A stretch of 63,973 bases of DNA, filler included, from Reticulomyxa filosa (taxonomy: Eukaryota > Protista > Foraminifera), in the NCBI GenBank assembly GCA_000512085.1. It is 25 parts of 25 records of this genome, joined end to end, with 100 filler letters (N's around TTAATTAATTAA, not from the genome) between each part and the next. Parts side by side here need not be neighbours in the genome. Positions count along the whole stretch, not along the records: positions 37,825 to 40,491 come from ASPP01005691.1; positions 40,592 to 42,292 come from ASPP01016241.1; positions 42,393 to 44,973 come from ASPP01010238.1; positions 45,074 to 46,078 come from ASPP01012287.1; positions 46,179 to 51,034 come from ASPP01000078.1; 20 more parts are not named here. One strand, 5' to 3'. The translations under genes and the position numbers were made by a program. The notes beneath the pieces were generated by a model that was given only the letters and a program-made list of their open reading frames with translations, did not search any database and had not been told where the DNA came from. Of the stretch, positions 38,706 to 51,034 are shown one piece after another (within the stretch, counting starts at the first letter, position 1; each line of letters starts with the position of its first letter).

Positions 38706-39448
38706 ATGAGATTGTGAGTTGATTAATTTGTATTTCACTGTTTGTTTGTCTCTGTGTTAACAAAGAACAAAACACAACAATAACAAAGTTTGAAACGAGG
38801 CCGCGTAGTAGTGGTCTTACAAGGCAAATATGCAGGACGCAAAGCAGTGGTCATAAACGATTTTCCAAAATCGAAAAGGCATCCATTTCCACATTGCGTT
38901 GTAGCAGGAATTGCAAAGTTTGTTAAAAAAATCGATATTTTTTATCACTTTTTTTTGCCCCACATTGAACGAAATATCGCATTTAATGAAAAAAATTTGG
39001 AAATGATTACATAGACCGCCTCGTCCAATCGCGAGTACAATGCCAAAAAAAAAAATTTACCAAAGATCGCAAATAGGAACATTTGTGAAAGTTGTTAATT
39101 CTTCCCATGTGCTGCCCACTCGTTATATCTATCCCAGAGTAGTTGGTAAGCAAACGACATCGGCTGCAAAATTGAATCCTAAAGAAGGACACAAAAAGAA
39201 ATTGCGAGCAGCAATTCGAAAAAACTTTGAAAAAGCGTATTTCAAAGACCCCAGCCCAAAACACCGATGGTTAGTTCTTCTTTAAATTATTTTTGTTTTT
39301 ACTCTCCTCTTTTGACTGTTCTTTCATTTTTAACATTTTTCACGCATTGTCAACTGCGAATGTTATTACCCTAAAAAATTACACTTTTTTAAAATTTTTG
39401 CTTGGCGTTTGTTGCGTTTGTAGGTTCTTCAGAAAATTGAACTTCTAA
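38706..39448 (+). CDS. RPL27: 60S ribosomal protein eL27, 4 exons
   Basis: MRFLKRGRVVVVLQGKYAGRKAVV (KOW), HCVVAGI, RSQIGTFVKVVN..HVLPTRY, and C-terminal WFFRKLNF*. Confidence 0.95.
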
Positions 39449-40420
39449 ACGAGAAGAAGATAAAAGTGCTTTGCTCCAGTTCCAAATGTTTTATTGATCA
39501 ACCGCTTGAATATTTGCTTTTGTAAAGGGGAAAAAAACAGAAACAAAACAGATTACAAGACAATGTCAACATCCCATCTTTGGTTTTTTCTTTTTGTTTT
39601 GTCAGTTAGTTTTGTTGCATTATTTCAATGAAGTCAAAGTCTGCACTCCCAAAACTAAACTTTTCTTGAATTGCATTCATTGCGTTGGTGAAACAATCAC
39701 CCTATTTGATTTTTCTAAATAATTTTGAACTAACAATATCGAATGTCTCATCCAAATCATTGTAATATTTACAAAAAGTTGTTTATGGCATTCTTGTGAA
39801 ATCACGAATTTTCGGGCAATTTGTATTCTTTTCAAACAGGCATTGAATAAAGGACTCATCAGTCAGTGATGATCAATAAAATTCTTTTCCCGGTTTAAAT
39901 TCATCAAAACCTCATAATAACATAAAATATCAATACAAAACAGTCGCCTTTATGATTTATTATTCGCTTAAATTAGCATTCTTTTGCATCTATTGTATGT
40001 AACAGAAAGTACAAATACAAATCGTTTTAATTTTGAAAATACAAATTTTTCACTATCTTCGTAACTATGTCCATAATCCAAACTTGAATTTTTTCACGAA
40101 ATGATATTGAAAAATGTAGTTTAAGTCTTATCAGTTGCAGTGCTTATATTCATTTAAAAAATCATATTGTAGATAGATGCAAGAAAGATAGCTAAGCTAA
40201 ACTAAAACGTACAAGAAAATTGAGAATAAATAGAATGAATGTTTTATGAGTTGAGTTATTAAAGCTCTGGAGTCAGTTATGACTCATGTATCACTACAAT
40301 ATTATAAAAAGTGTGATTTATGTTTGTATAATTCAGTAGTATAATTAAAAAGAAAGTTAAGTTTATTTGGTAAAAATATCACCAATTGTTGCACAAGCCA
40401 AGGGCATTCGATTAATATAC

Positions 40421-40491
40421 ATTAGGTTGTAAAGAAAACTGAATGCATAAAACGATATCATATGACGATAATTGATTTTCTCAATGAAAAA
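40421..40491. mobile_element. Second, diverged copy (one arm) of the palindromic MITE
   Basis: TAGGTTGTAAAGAAAACTGAATGCATAAAACGATATCATATGACGATAATTGATTTTC aligns with 20492-20548 with a few substitutions; also at a contig end. Confidence 0.75.
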
Positions 40492-40744
40492 NNNNNNNNN
40501 NNNNNNNNNNNNNNNNNNNNNNNNNNNNNNNNNNNTTAATTAATTAANNNNNNNNNNNNNNNNNNNNNNNNNNNNNNNNNNNNNNNNNNNNTTTTTTTTT
40601 TTTTTTTTTTTTTAAATAAACAAACAAACAAACAAACAAAAAAATATGTACATATATACACATATGACATAATAACACAAATAGGCAAATAAATACAAAT
40701 ATGAATTTACATATTTTATTCATATAAACGAAATAAATTTTATA

Positions 40745-41544
40745 ATGGAAGGACATTGGACGCCAACATTCTTAAATCTATCGCGGTCCGCGGCGGAAAA
40801 CGAAAATGAAATGGCTGGTACGAATGAGAGCGAGGATGCAAATAATAACAACAACGACCCCACCACGATTGGGGAAGAGTTTTTCCATCGCGGTAAATCC
40901 TTCAGCATCGTGACGAACACTTACAAAACCTTTGAACTGATTTGCTTTCATCCCCCTACCATGAGCCAAATTGTTAAGACGTTGCGAGGCGTCATCTATC
41001 AATCCTCCATGCAGGCCAAATCCTTGGCGATTTACGCCAAAGCCAATCGCAAATATATGTTCTCTCAACAGCAGAAACGGAGAATCGGAAATAAAAATAC
41101 CTTAGATGATTTTAAATTTGACACTTTTGTTGCAGTTTACTTTATCTTTTTTACTTTCTTGCTTGTCATCATATTAGTAAACAATTGTTCATTCTATTAA
41201 TATTCTTATTAACTCTTATTAGATCAATGGATATGGTGGATTGACAATTACTTAGTCAAATGGATGCAAGACAATATCTTACTTTCTATGATACGATATT
41301 CATACTATTCAAAATCGAGATCCCAAAACCTTTTTCTGTTTGATGTTTTTTTCTGTTTTCATCACATATATCTTTTTTTTTATTATATTTACAAAAAAAA
41401 AAAAGAAAAAGATAGTCAGAGAAACTAGTCGAACTTATGACAGATATTCTTTGGCAACTGATGACAACTATGCTTTATTGAAAATATCAATGAAATCGCT
41501 GTTGACAGCCCCACTGATCCACATCATAATGTCGATGTTATAAA
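40745..41544 (+). CDS. 3' exons of an uncharacterised protein
   Basis: Coding-like exon 40745-41134 plus two short downstream exon-like blocks; no motif recognised. Confidence 0.3.
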
Positions 41545-42403
41545 CATTGACACTGATGACTTTATCTTCATGTAAATCATATTATTTCATTTAGTTATTG
41601 CTTTTTTTTTAGACATGAAGTATCCTAGACTATGTATCATTAAAAAAATAAAAAAAAACTGAAACATAACAACGAACAAGAATGTAAATAAACTCTTTTT
41701 TGTTAAAACTTTGTAAATATTTGGCTCGTTGTCACTGTTTTCTTTTTTTTTGCATAGTATTTTTGCATTGCATTTTGTTGTTAACGTTTTGAAATATGCC
41801 AACGGTAAGTAAATTTCATTATATTTTCTGAAGAAAAAATATGTCATTTTAGTAATCAAGAACTTGACCAACTTGCAAATGCTTTTGATATTCTTTTATT
41901 GTTGTCTTTTTTCTGTCGACTGCAACAAAATATATTTTTAAAATTGTGATAATACAGTATGTTGCAGAAAAACTAATACTATAAAATGCCACATTATGAA
42001 TATGATCATTTTCTAAATTAAAAAACAAACATTTAAACATAATTTTTAAAATGTATACGTTAACTGAAGATTCCTAAAAAGAACAAAGATTTAAAAGTTT
42101 CGTGGTGCGAATACAGTTCGATTTATATGCATTCTTGGAAAATTTTAAAAACATATTGAAAAATATACTTTTATTCAACATTAAAAAAAAAGTTATTAAA
42201 AGACTGATTTCACATTTAAAAACTACTGTACTAGTATACATTGTAGGGCAAGTCACTACTATAGATTACTGAACTCTGAAAGAGTTTAGGGGNNNNNNNN
42301 NNNNNNNNNNNNNNNNNNNNNNNNNNNNNNNNNNNNTTAATTAATTAANNNNNNNNNNNNNNNNNNNNNNNNNNNNNNNNNNNNNNNNNNNNTTTTTTAT
42401 TTT

Positions 42404-42436
<33 letters not shown>

Positions 42437-42479
42437 CCTCATCCCTCTTTCCAAAAAACAACAATAATATAAAACATAC

Positions 42480-44915
42480 TGCATATTTGGCAAATTAGTC
42501 CATCTATTTTCCTCTAAATCAAAAATATCAACTCGCGAGCATGGACTTTTAAGCAACGCTCCTCCTGCGCGGATGGCCACCAATCGACAATCGCCCATCG
42601 AACCACTGTCGTCACGGAATCTTGCGCCTTTGCCTTGAGAATTGACTTTCACAGACCCTGTGTCGGTGTTGGCGGCCCCGGCGAAATCTCCGACAGGCAG
42701 AGAGGCCACACATAAGGCCGGTAAGTTGTAGTTGTCTCCAGGCACGCCTTGCGAGAGCACAGTGATGGTCTTATCTTCCACGACTGGTACTGGACGTCTC
42801 AAATGCTTTGGTTTGGGCTTATCAATTGCCCCAGTATTGAAAGCAATGAAACGTAAGGAACGATCAGAATACACTGCAAGAATTCCATAGATTTCTTCTG
42901 GGTCTGTTTTTTTATTATGATACGTTGTTTTTTTTTTTAAAAAAATTCCTTTTTTGAAAACAAAGCCGATCAAAATCAAACCTGGAGGTGGTTTAGTGAT
43001 TTCATAATTAACTTTGTATGGAATTGAAAACTCGCTTTGCGCGACGAGAATCTCATCAAGTTTTCCGCTGCTGGATTCGTGTTGTTGTACGTCTTCGATC
43101 AAGTCATTGTCAGGTCCGTGGAGCGAAAGTGGTTGAATTTGTTTTTTGAGGTTTCGTTTGGCCAGTTTGGCTTTCAATTTCATCAGTTTCATCTGCTTTT
43201 CTTCCTGTTTCTTTGCTCTTCTGCTTTGTCTTTGCTTTTTTTTATCTTCCTTTGCTGAGGCTACGACTTTGCCATCCTCTGCTTGATCCTGGTCTTGATC
43301 TTGCTCGTCGTTTTCAGCATTGCCATCACTATCGCTGGAATGTTCCGATGTCAGGCTGGAATAGGCAGACGAAGAAGAAGAAGAGGACGAAGCCGACCCG
43401 GCGGATTTTTCCTCCCAAGTTTCGGTATTGGTTTTGTCAGGCTCATTTTGTCCCTTTATTGCTTCGGCGTTGCCGTTTTTGCGTTTTGTTTTTTTTTTTT
43501 TTTTGGAATCGGCTGCTTTCAAAGGATTCTTCGTATGTTCAAACTGTCCGTCCTTTTTGTTGAACAAGTCATCGACGTCCTCTTTCACGTCGTCCAAAAA
43601 CTCACAGCGAAGACGGTCTCGCACACGCGCTCGTATTAGCAAATCACGAATTATGTCTTCATCACTCCCTGGGATATACACGTCTCCATCCGTCTCATTT
43701 GTCACTTGCTCGACTTTTTTTTCATTTGCAAAGGAGCTTTCTTCTTGACTTTTCGCTTGCTCGACTTCGGTGGTTTCATTTCTTTGTTCGACTAATTACG
43801 AGTAACAAGTCCATTTTTTTTTTTTTACAATTTTTTTAAAGAAAAAAGAGGTTGAGACGTGGTATATCAATTTTGTAATATCTTTTGAAATGTTCAATGG
43901 AAAACAAAACAAAACAAACAAACAACAACAACAACAAAAACATAACAACCCATATTGTACCATCCAGTGATTTTAAAGGCCATTCGGATAAGTTAATCTT
44001 TTGCCTTAGTCTTTGGCGAATAGAATTCCACCACGTGTCTTCAAAGTCAATGACAATGGTGGGTGGAAATTCCTTTTCATTGGCTGCATATTCCGCCTCG
44101 TCAATGCACTTTCGTTCCACCTCTCTCCAAGACAGGGATTGCCATTCCAGCAAATTCATGTCGATTGCTTTCAGATACTCTTCTTCCTTGCTTAGTTCCT
44201 CTTCTTCTTTTGCATCTGCGTCACTGTCGGTCGACAAATCTGAGCCACTTTCTGGCTGTTTCTCTTTTTTGTTACGTCGTCCAATCTTCTTTGGATCATT
44301 GATACATCACGCGTATTTCACAGGGGGGGGGGGGGGGAACAACAAACAAATAAACAAATGAAAAAGTAGTTTTTATCTCTTTTCATTTGTAAGGCCACAA
44401 AATAAAGAAGGAACCTTTTTTTAATGTTTGTGTGGGAATGATAGGACAGCGAGCAATTTGGATTTCGACGTCACGAATGCGGGTACTTCGGATAGGTAGA
44501 TCTTGTTTTATTTCATAAAAATGAGATTCTGCAGCATAGCCTTCGTGCTTGCCACGAACCAAATGTAACTGTTGAACACCAATCAATCAATTAATCAATC
44601 AATCAATCAACTAATTAATAAACGAATGAATACAAATGTTGTTTGTTCAACGCATATACATATATGTGTTGCGTAAAAAAAAGCAACCTGAATACTGAGT
44701 GTACGCAAGAACAACAAGTTATCTTCCGCATCTTCAGCAGCTGGTCTTTCTTGAATTTTTTCAACTTGAACTTTGTAAGAAGCGTGTTGGATTTTTGGTT
44801 TCAAAGTGCAGCTTTGCTGCGGTATAAGACTACTCACATGCTTAAACAACATATGCATTTGTTGGCCGACACAACTTTCAATATCACATATTTCACCAAA
44901 CGTTTTAATCATCTT
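42480..44915 (-). CDS. Multi-exon uncharacterised protein with acidic/basic low-complexity segments and a Kelch-like blade at the truncated 3' end
   Basis: Long open exons; LVAIRAGG...RVDIFDLEENRWTNLPNM is a Kelch-type repeat. Confidence 0.5.
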
Positions 44916-45372
44916 TCGTGCATACATACACATTTTTTTTTTTTTATTTTAAAAAAAAAAAAAAAAAAAAAAANNNNNNNNNNNNNNNNNNNNNNNNNNN
45001 NNNNNNNNNNNNNNNNNTTAATTAATTAANNNNNNNNNNNNNNNNNNNNNNNNNNNNNNNNNNNNNNNNNNNNGTGTTGTTGTTTTTTTTTTCTTTTGTT
45101 CCCGTCGCACCTTTTCAAAAAAGATAGAAAGAAGAAAAACGAAGGCAACGAAAGGAAAGGAAAAAAAAAAGAAATCAACAACAAAAGCAACATACAAACA
45201 AATCAGCAAAAAATAAATGTATATATACACACGCATTCATTTCCATATATAAAAGTAGCAACACGAGATATCTTGGGGGGGGGGGGGGGAAAATCAAAAA
45301 AAAAAAAAAAAAAAGGGAGCTAATAATGAAACGCATTTTATGATAATGAATAATAATAATAATAAAAAGTGA

Positions 45373-46024
45373 TCATTGTTGTCCGTCGTATTTTTGTTCC
45401 GACACATCTTCGGCATTAGCATCGGCATCGGCTTCGTCATCAGCATCATCAGCAAATAGATCCTGCTTTTCAATCGGTATCCTTTCAAAAGTGAATCCAT
45501 AAAAGTGATTTTGCTCGGATTTGATCGAAAGCATGGCCCCATCGACAGCCGCTTTTCCGTGGCCTTCGGTCGCAATTCCGTCGACCCCTTTCGGATCGAT
45601 ATTATTGAAGGAAGACGGCTTTTTATTGCGCGGCGAAGGAGGGGAATGACCCTTTGGCTTGCTCTCTACACTCCACATGTCTCTTTCACTATCCACATCC
45701 TTCTTTTCATTTGTTATTGCTGCCGCTGCTGCTGCCGCTGCTGCTGCCTCTGCTGCTGAGTCAGGCTCCACCGGCGAGTCGATCGCCAAGTCCACATCCT
45801 TCACCTTGTCAAAGTATCGAGTGTCCGCGTCATGCGATATCACCGGCTTAAACGGAGGCTGCATCAACCGCAAGTCGTGCCAAGGCACCGCTTTGAAAAA
45901 CGCGTGTTTCTTTAATTGATTGAAGTTCATGCGCTTGTCACGCGCACATATCAGTCGAAAGATGCAATCTTTCGCTTCTTTCGACAAGTTGCAGTGTTTG
46001 GGAATACGTAAGTATTCGCGATAT
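45373..46024 (-). CDS. NDR/LATS-family AGC kinase, C-terminal exon
   Basis: LSKEAKDCIFRLIC...LKKHAFFKAVPW..LR...PPFKP.....DTRYFD and the hydrophobic motif HFYGFTFER. Confidence 0.88.
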
Positions 46025-46030
46025 CTATAT

Positions 46031-46076
<46 letters not shown>

Positions 46077-46634
46077 TTNNNNNNNNNNNNNNNNNNNNNN
46101 NNNNNNNNNNNNNNNNNNNNNNTTAATTAATTAANNNNNNNNNNNNNNNNNNNNNNNNNNNNNNNNNNNNNNNNNNNNTGATATTTAAAAACTACACGAT
46201 TCGTAGATATTTTTTTAAAAAATTTTGATTAAATGTTGTTTTTTCATGGAGAAACACAATCATCTCTATAAGGTGGCATTTTAGGTGTCAACTTTCTTTT
46301 TTATCTTACTGTATTTGCAATATAAAAACGACAATGCTAACATTGAGTACATTACAATCAAGATCCAAACAGTACCAAAATTTTTGAGTCTTTCAAAACT
46401 TAATTATTTCGATCCATTTTCTTAAAACATGATCATAAAACTTCCCTTTTGCAAACAGCAAGATATAAAAACAAAACAGTAAAATTAGAAATGCTAAAAA
46501 AAAATAAAAATGAAGTGTGTTATTTTGTAGAAAGAGAAAATTATCAATTAAATATAATGAAGATATTAATTTTGATATTCATAAATCATAGAACGTTTGG
46601 ACAATTATCAAGTAATTAGAAAAGATGATTTAAA

Positions 46635-47030
46635 GAACACATGTGTTGTATACAAACAAGAGCTCCTTATTCGTGGAGGTTTTGATCAAATAATATGCTA
46701 TTCTTATCTAAATAATGTGAAATTAGAAGGACATTGTGTACGTGCAGTGATTAGTAGAAATAATAATTTATCACTTATTATCAAACAAAATTAGTGTATT
46801 TAATTTAAATACATTTCAATTTATTAACTATTTTAATTTCAAAGTTCCTGATTATCCACATTTTCATTGCTTTATGCTATTAAAGACAGAAAATGAAAAA
46901 AAATAATAAACAAAAATAAAATGGTAAAACATGTTTATCAATTAAATATAATGAAAGTCAAAATATTTTTCAATTTAATACATTACCTATATGTAATTCT
47001 ATTTCACGACTATATCATTATGGATATGTA
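46635..47030 (+). pseudogene. Heavily deleted Kelch-family pseudogene
   Basis: CVVYKQELLIRGG..CYSY..VKLEGHCVRAVI, collinear with 29569-30353 but with internal deletions and stops. Confidence 0.7.
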
Positions 47031-47383
47031 TGAAAACAAAGAACGGTAATAATTGAAGAAGGATAATTGAACATCGAAAAAAATCTATTGAACGTGAAAG
47101 AATTAACATATATATTAAAGATTATCTTACTGACAATGTTTTATTGTTTTATTATTTAATATTGAAAATATACTTTGTTAAATAGAACAACAAAAAAGAA
47201 AAATATAATTATCAGATCCACTTTAGTGTTTGATTTTGAAAATTCTATTACATTTCATTCAAACAGAACAATTAAATGCATTCTTTATGTTTTTTATAAA
47301 AAAAAGATTCAAACTTAATTAAAGTATTGCTCTATTAAAAAATTTAATTAAGTAATAACAAAATATAATAATCACTTTTATAA

Positions 47384-47463
47384 TACAGTATCTGGGATTC
47401 GAACCCAGTCTTCTAAAAAGAAGTTGCGAAAAAATCGCATTGCCACCAAATGGCAAATACTGT
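47384..47463 (-). tRNA. Aberrant tRNA-like cloverleaf with long variable arm and U-rich anticodon loop; identity undetermined
   Basis: Acceptor ACAGUAU/AUACUGU; D arm UGCCA/UGGCA; anticodon arm UGCGA-UUUUU-UCGCA; variable arm CUUCU/AGAAG; T arm CUGGG-UUCGAAU-CCCAG. Confidence 0.65.
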
Positions 47464-48185
47464 CCGGAGAAATAAAGTATTACTTATATTTCTCGTCGTT
47501 ACTTAATAATATTTTTTTTGTAATAGATTAAACATAAATAAAAAATAAATGAAATAAAATCACATAACACATTACTTAAATGACTTCAAATGCCATCAAA
47601 ACTATCCAATTAAAAAGCCGTCATACTGCAAGCTCGAAATGCTTTCACTACTTTCTAAATACAATGCATCCATATTTAACTAAATATAACATTAAATACT
47701 CATAATACAACCACATTCACAACATCAATAAATCCCAACCCAACCGCAAATAACATTTATACTACACCACTATCACCACCACAAATCGCAAAATATTTAT
47801 ATCACACCACAATACCTCATATTTCCATTTCATATATCCACCTGCACATACACCTACACCTTTATATCACCCATATTTCCATTTCATATATCCAGCCGAC
47901 CTTCTCCTCCCCCCCCCCCTCTTCGCTAGATATTATTTTTTTAATAACTCATTTTGTGTTTTCCTTTGGTTTTTTTTTGTTTCAATTTTCTTTGAATGCA
48001 ATGAAACTTGGAGTCCTATAGAAGCGTGTCACTTAGCACATTTGTGTTTGAAAAAATTTTGTAATATAATTGTAGCATAATTGCATTATAAAAGAAAGGG
48101 CAAAGATAAATAAGTTCGCCATTATAGTATATTTAAGTATTTTTTGTGTGTTGATACTATTGCTTGGTGTTTATTTTTGTCGTTG

Positions 48186-48845
48186 TTAGTTGAATTGCTT
48201 TAGTAAATTCTATTCATTCATTACCAACATTAAAAATACTGTACCATTTTCGCATAAATGCATCACCCAAGATCCATATTAAGCCTAGTAAACATACATA
48301 ATGTTTACACTATGTTATTAGCGATCATTGAAAATGTGTTCATACACGTATATGTATATTTATATAATTAACAAATCAATTCCATTCGAGTCATTAATAT
48401 TTTCAGCAGTCATTGCCAAATAACAAATATCTTGAAAGTTCAAAATATAGCTCTACGAAAAAACAGCACGAAATATTGAATGTGTGGAATTGCTAAGTAT
48501 AAAATTGACAGTAGTTGTACATTTTTGAAAAAGTAATCGCCATAGCTATCAGATCTCGCGCCCATTGCTGAAGGAATTCTTGACAAATCACTTGGAGGTC
48601 CAGTGATGAAACTGGTCCCACTATCAATGATTGCTTTCACTGCCGATTTATAAGTGGAGCTTCCATAACTATTTTTTTTTATTTATTGTGCGTTTTATGA
48701 TTAACAAATCTTGTTAATACAGTTATGCTGATGTTTCTTTTCCATTTCCAATACTTGTCGTTCTCCAACTTCCTTTGTTTTTTCTCTTATTGAAGTTTCT
48801 TTGACTGTAATACATGTATGATAAACAGTTTTGAACTTTTTTATC
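48186..48845 (-). pseudogene. Pepsin-like (A1) aspartic protease pseudogene fragments
   Basis: KAIIDSGTSFITGP (second catalytic motif) and WILGDAFMRKWYSIFNVGNE*IEF with an in-frame TGA; most of the N-lobe is missing. Confidence 0.85.
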
Positions 48846-48879
48846 TCAAGACTATTGCAAAAAAAAAAAGCATACCACA

Positions 48880-49525
48880 GCACTTTTGTTCTGTTTGATC
48901 TGATTTTGTTTGAACATTTGCTGGCCTTGCTATTGGACTCGTTAAATATTGCGTCGATATCAAAGGCCTTACCAAATTGTTGAACAAATTGCACTTGCGT
49001 ATTAGTCTCAATAATTGCAGTTGGAGTTACATAATAAGCAATCTTACCAACGTTCCAATCTTGCAAAATCCTTTCCTTGCAACGTCGGGTATACCTTATT
49101 ATTTTCAATATCACTTGCATTATTTGGAAAAAATATATACATATGCGTGTACATGTATACATAAAGTGGACATCCATGCTTAATATGCTTCAATTTTTGG
49201 CTCAAAATAAATAAAAATGTTTCAGAGCTAGGAATCATTTCATCGGGAGTGGATTAATTGGGTTGCTCTGCTTGTGAATTCTTTTCATCGATGTTGAGCT
49301 CATTTTGGAGAAACTGCCTTTGCAAGTACTGCTTAATCCTCGATTGAATCGACCGCCTGGATTTTCAAGGCATTGCGCAACACCAAGCGTGTTTCTATTT
49401 CATGTTGGTTTAAGATCACTCCCTGGCGAATCTATTAACTTAACGCTGCTATCCAGTTTCACCTCCTTCAATTGGGTCTTAAATCCAGGCACCAACAGCT
49501 TGCGTGCGTTTCAGTGAATTGATTA
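48880..49525 (-). pseudogene. Nucleostemin/Nug1 (GNL3-like) circularly permuted GTPase pseudogene fragment
   Basis: Across shifted frames: LKRTQAVG..PGFKTQLKEVKLDSSVKLIDSPG..RLVLRNALKI, ILQDWNVGKIAYY, FGKAFDID. Confidence 0.8.
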
Positions 49526-50385
49526 CCTATGATTTTCCAGTGTTTGGATATCCAATGAACTATAAGTTAAATATATTAAATAAATAAATGTATATATGTA
49601 TATGTGTACATGTGTGTAGACTGCCTTGACGCAAAGAATTTGGATAGAAAAAAAAAAAAGAACATGACAACATTCAATGAGAGAAATGAAGATAAACAAA
49701 ATAACAATCTTTTTAAACAAATATATCCACAAATATCAATTATTATTGCAAAAAAGGCTTTCCTTAGAACTTTTATAGCAACTTCAAACGGAAAAAAACC
49801 CACTCAAAAAAATTTTTTTAGAATTCTGTTCATAAAAAAGTTATAATTGCGTCTAATATGATTGAATTTACATATAATGACAAAGCATTGAAGATTTCAT
49901 TGTAACTTTTTGGAGTCAGTGCTGATCTTATTGTACACTAGTATCACAATATTGGAGATATCCATTGTAATAAGGTATAGTGTGTAAAAACAAGTGGGGG
50001 TTATGAGAATAGGGCAACATTGCATTCAAATGCTAAAAGACAGTGGAAACCAAACCGTGTATTTTTCTCTTGGCCTTACAACAATCTAGTGTATACTTAT
50101 TATGAAACAGCAATGGGGTTTTTATTAATATGAATGTGGCAATATGACTTGTAAACAGTAAAAGAATTGAATATTAAGAATTTCGACTAAAAAAAAAAGG
50201 CTAGAGAGTGGGTAAAAACTTATAAACGGTTGTTATAATTTAGTCTTGATTGTTGGGACGTTCTTTACATTTGTTTTTTTTTTATCATGTGCAGAAACAA
50301 AAAAACTGCTCCGTTTTTTTTTTTTTGGAGAAAAAAAGGGGAGTGATAGAAGAATTTCTTAAAAGCTAATTGTATACTTGTAAAC

Positions 50386-50940
50386 ATGACACAATCAAGT
50401 GGGTCGTTATTTGTGAAATCGAAAGATGGGACTACTTCAGAGCTGACATTTGATTGCTTTGAGGATACGACCTTGAAAGAAGTACAGAAAGAGGTTTACA
50501 GTAAAAATCCATCTTTATAGGAGTCATTCGGACAAGATTTGATCTTCAAACAAAAAGTGTTGCCACGATCAAATGGTAAGCTGTCAGATTACGGCATAAA
50601 GCCAAAAGATGTGATTGAAATGAGGAATTGCAACGATAGCAAAGATAAGAGTGTGGAAATTGTGATTAAACGTTTGCATGGAGAAAAAGTACAAAATATA
50701 TCATTGAATGTGAAATTATCTTGTAATTCAATTTTATCTGTCAAAAGATTGATTGAGGATAATGTGGGCGTTCCCCAAGCGCAACAAAAATTGGAGTTTG
50801 ATGATCAGCAATTGGACAATTGGAATACGTTATCTGACTATCACATTCAAAAAGGCTCCGAATTAAATTTGGTGTCACTTTTTAGAGGAGGGTCATCTAA
50901 TTTACTTAATCGCTCTATCATTGCGCCCGATGTGGGATGA
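50386..50940 (+). pseudogene. Tandem two-domain ubiquitin-like protein ending FRGG plus extension; in-frame TAG at 50518-50520
   Basis: Ubl1: LFVK...TTLKEV...LIFK...KLSDYGI. Ubl2: VKRLIEDNVGVPQAQQKLEF...TLSDYHIQKGSELNLVSLFRGG. ATG 50386 is in frame with the 50539 ORF. Confidence 0.75.
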
Positions 50941-50996
50941 CGAAGATTTGAAGAAACTGGTATAAATTACCTTAATCTTTGTTCTTGCACTTTCCC

Positions 50997-51034
<38 letters not shown>

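Noticed and set aside
42285-42292. TTAGGGGG at a contig end as a second telomere
   Set aside because: Single imperfect unit ending in a G homopolymer; not an array.
32476-50940. Apparent immune cluster of RNF213-like, di-Ubl, WD40 and Kelch genes
   Set aside because: They sit on different concatenated contigs, so co-location in the window is not genomic linkage.
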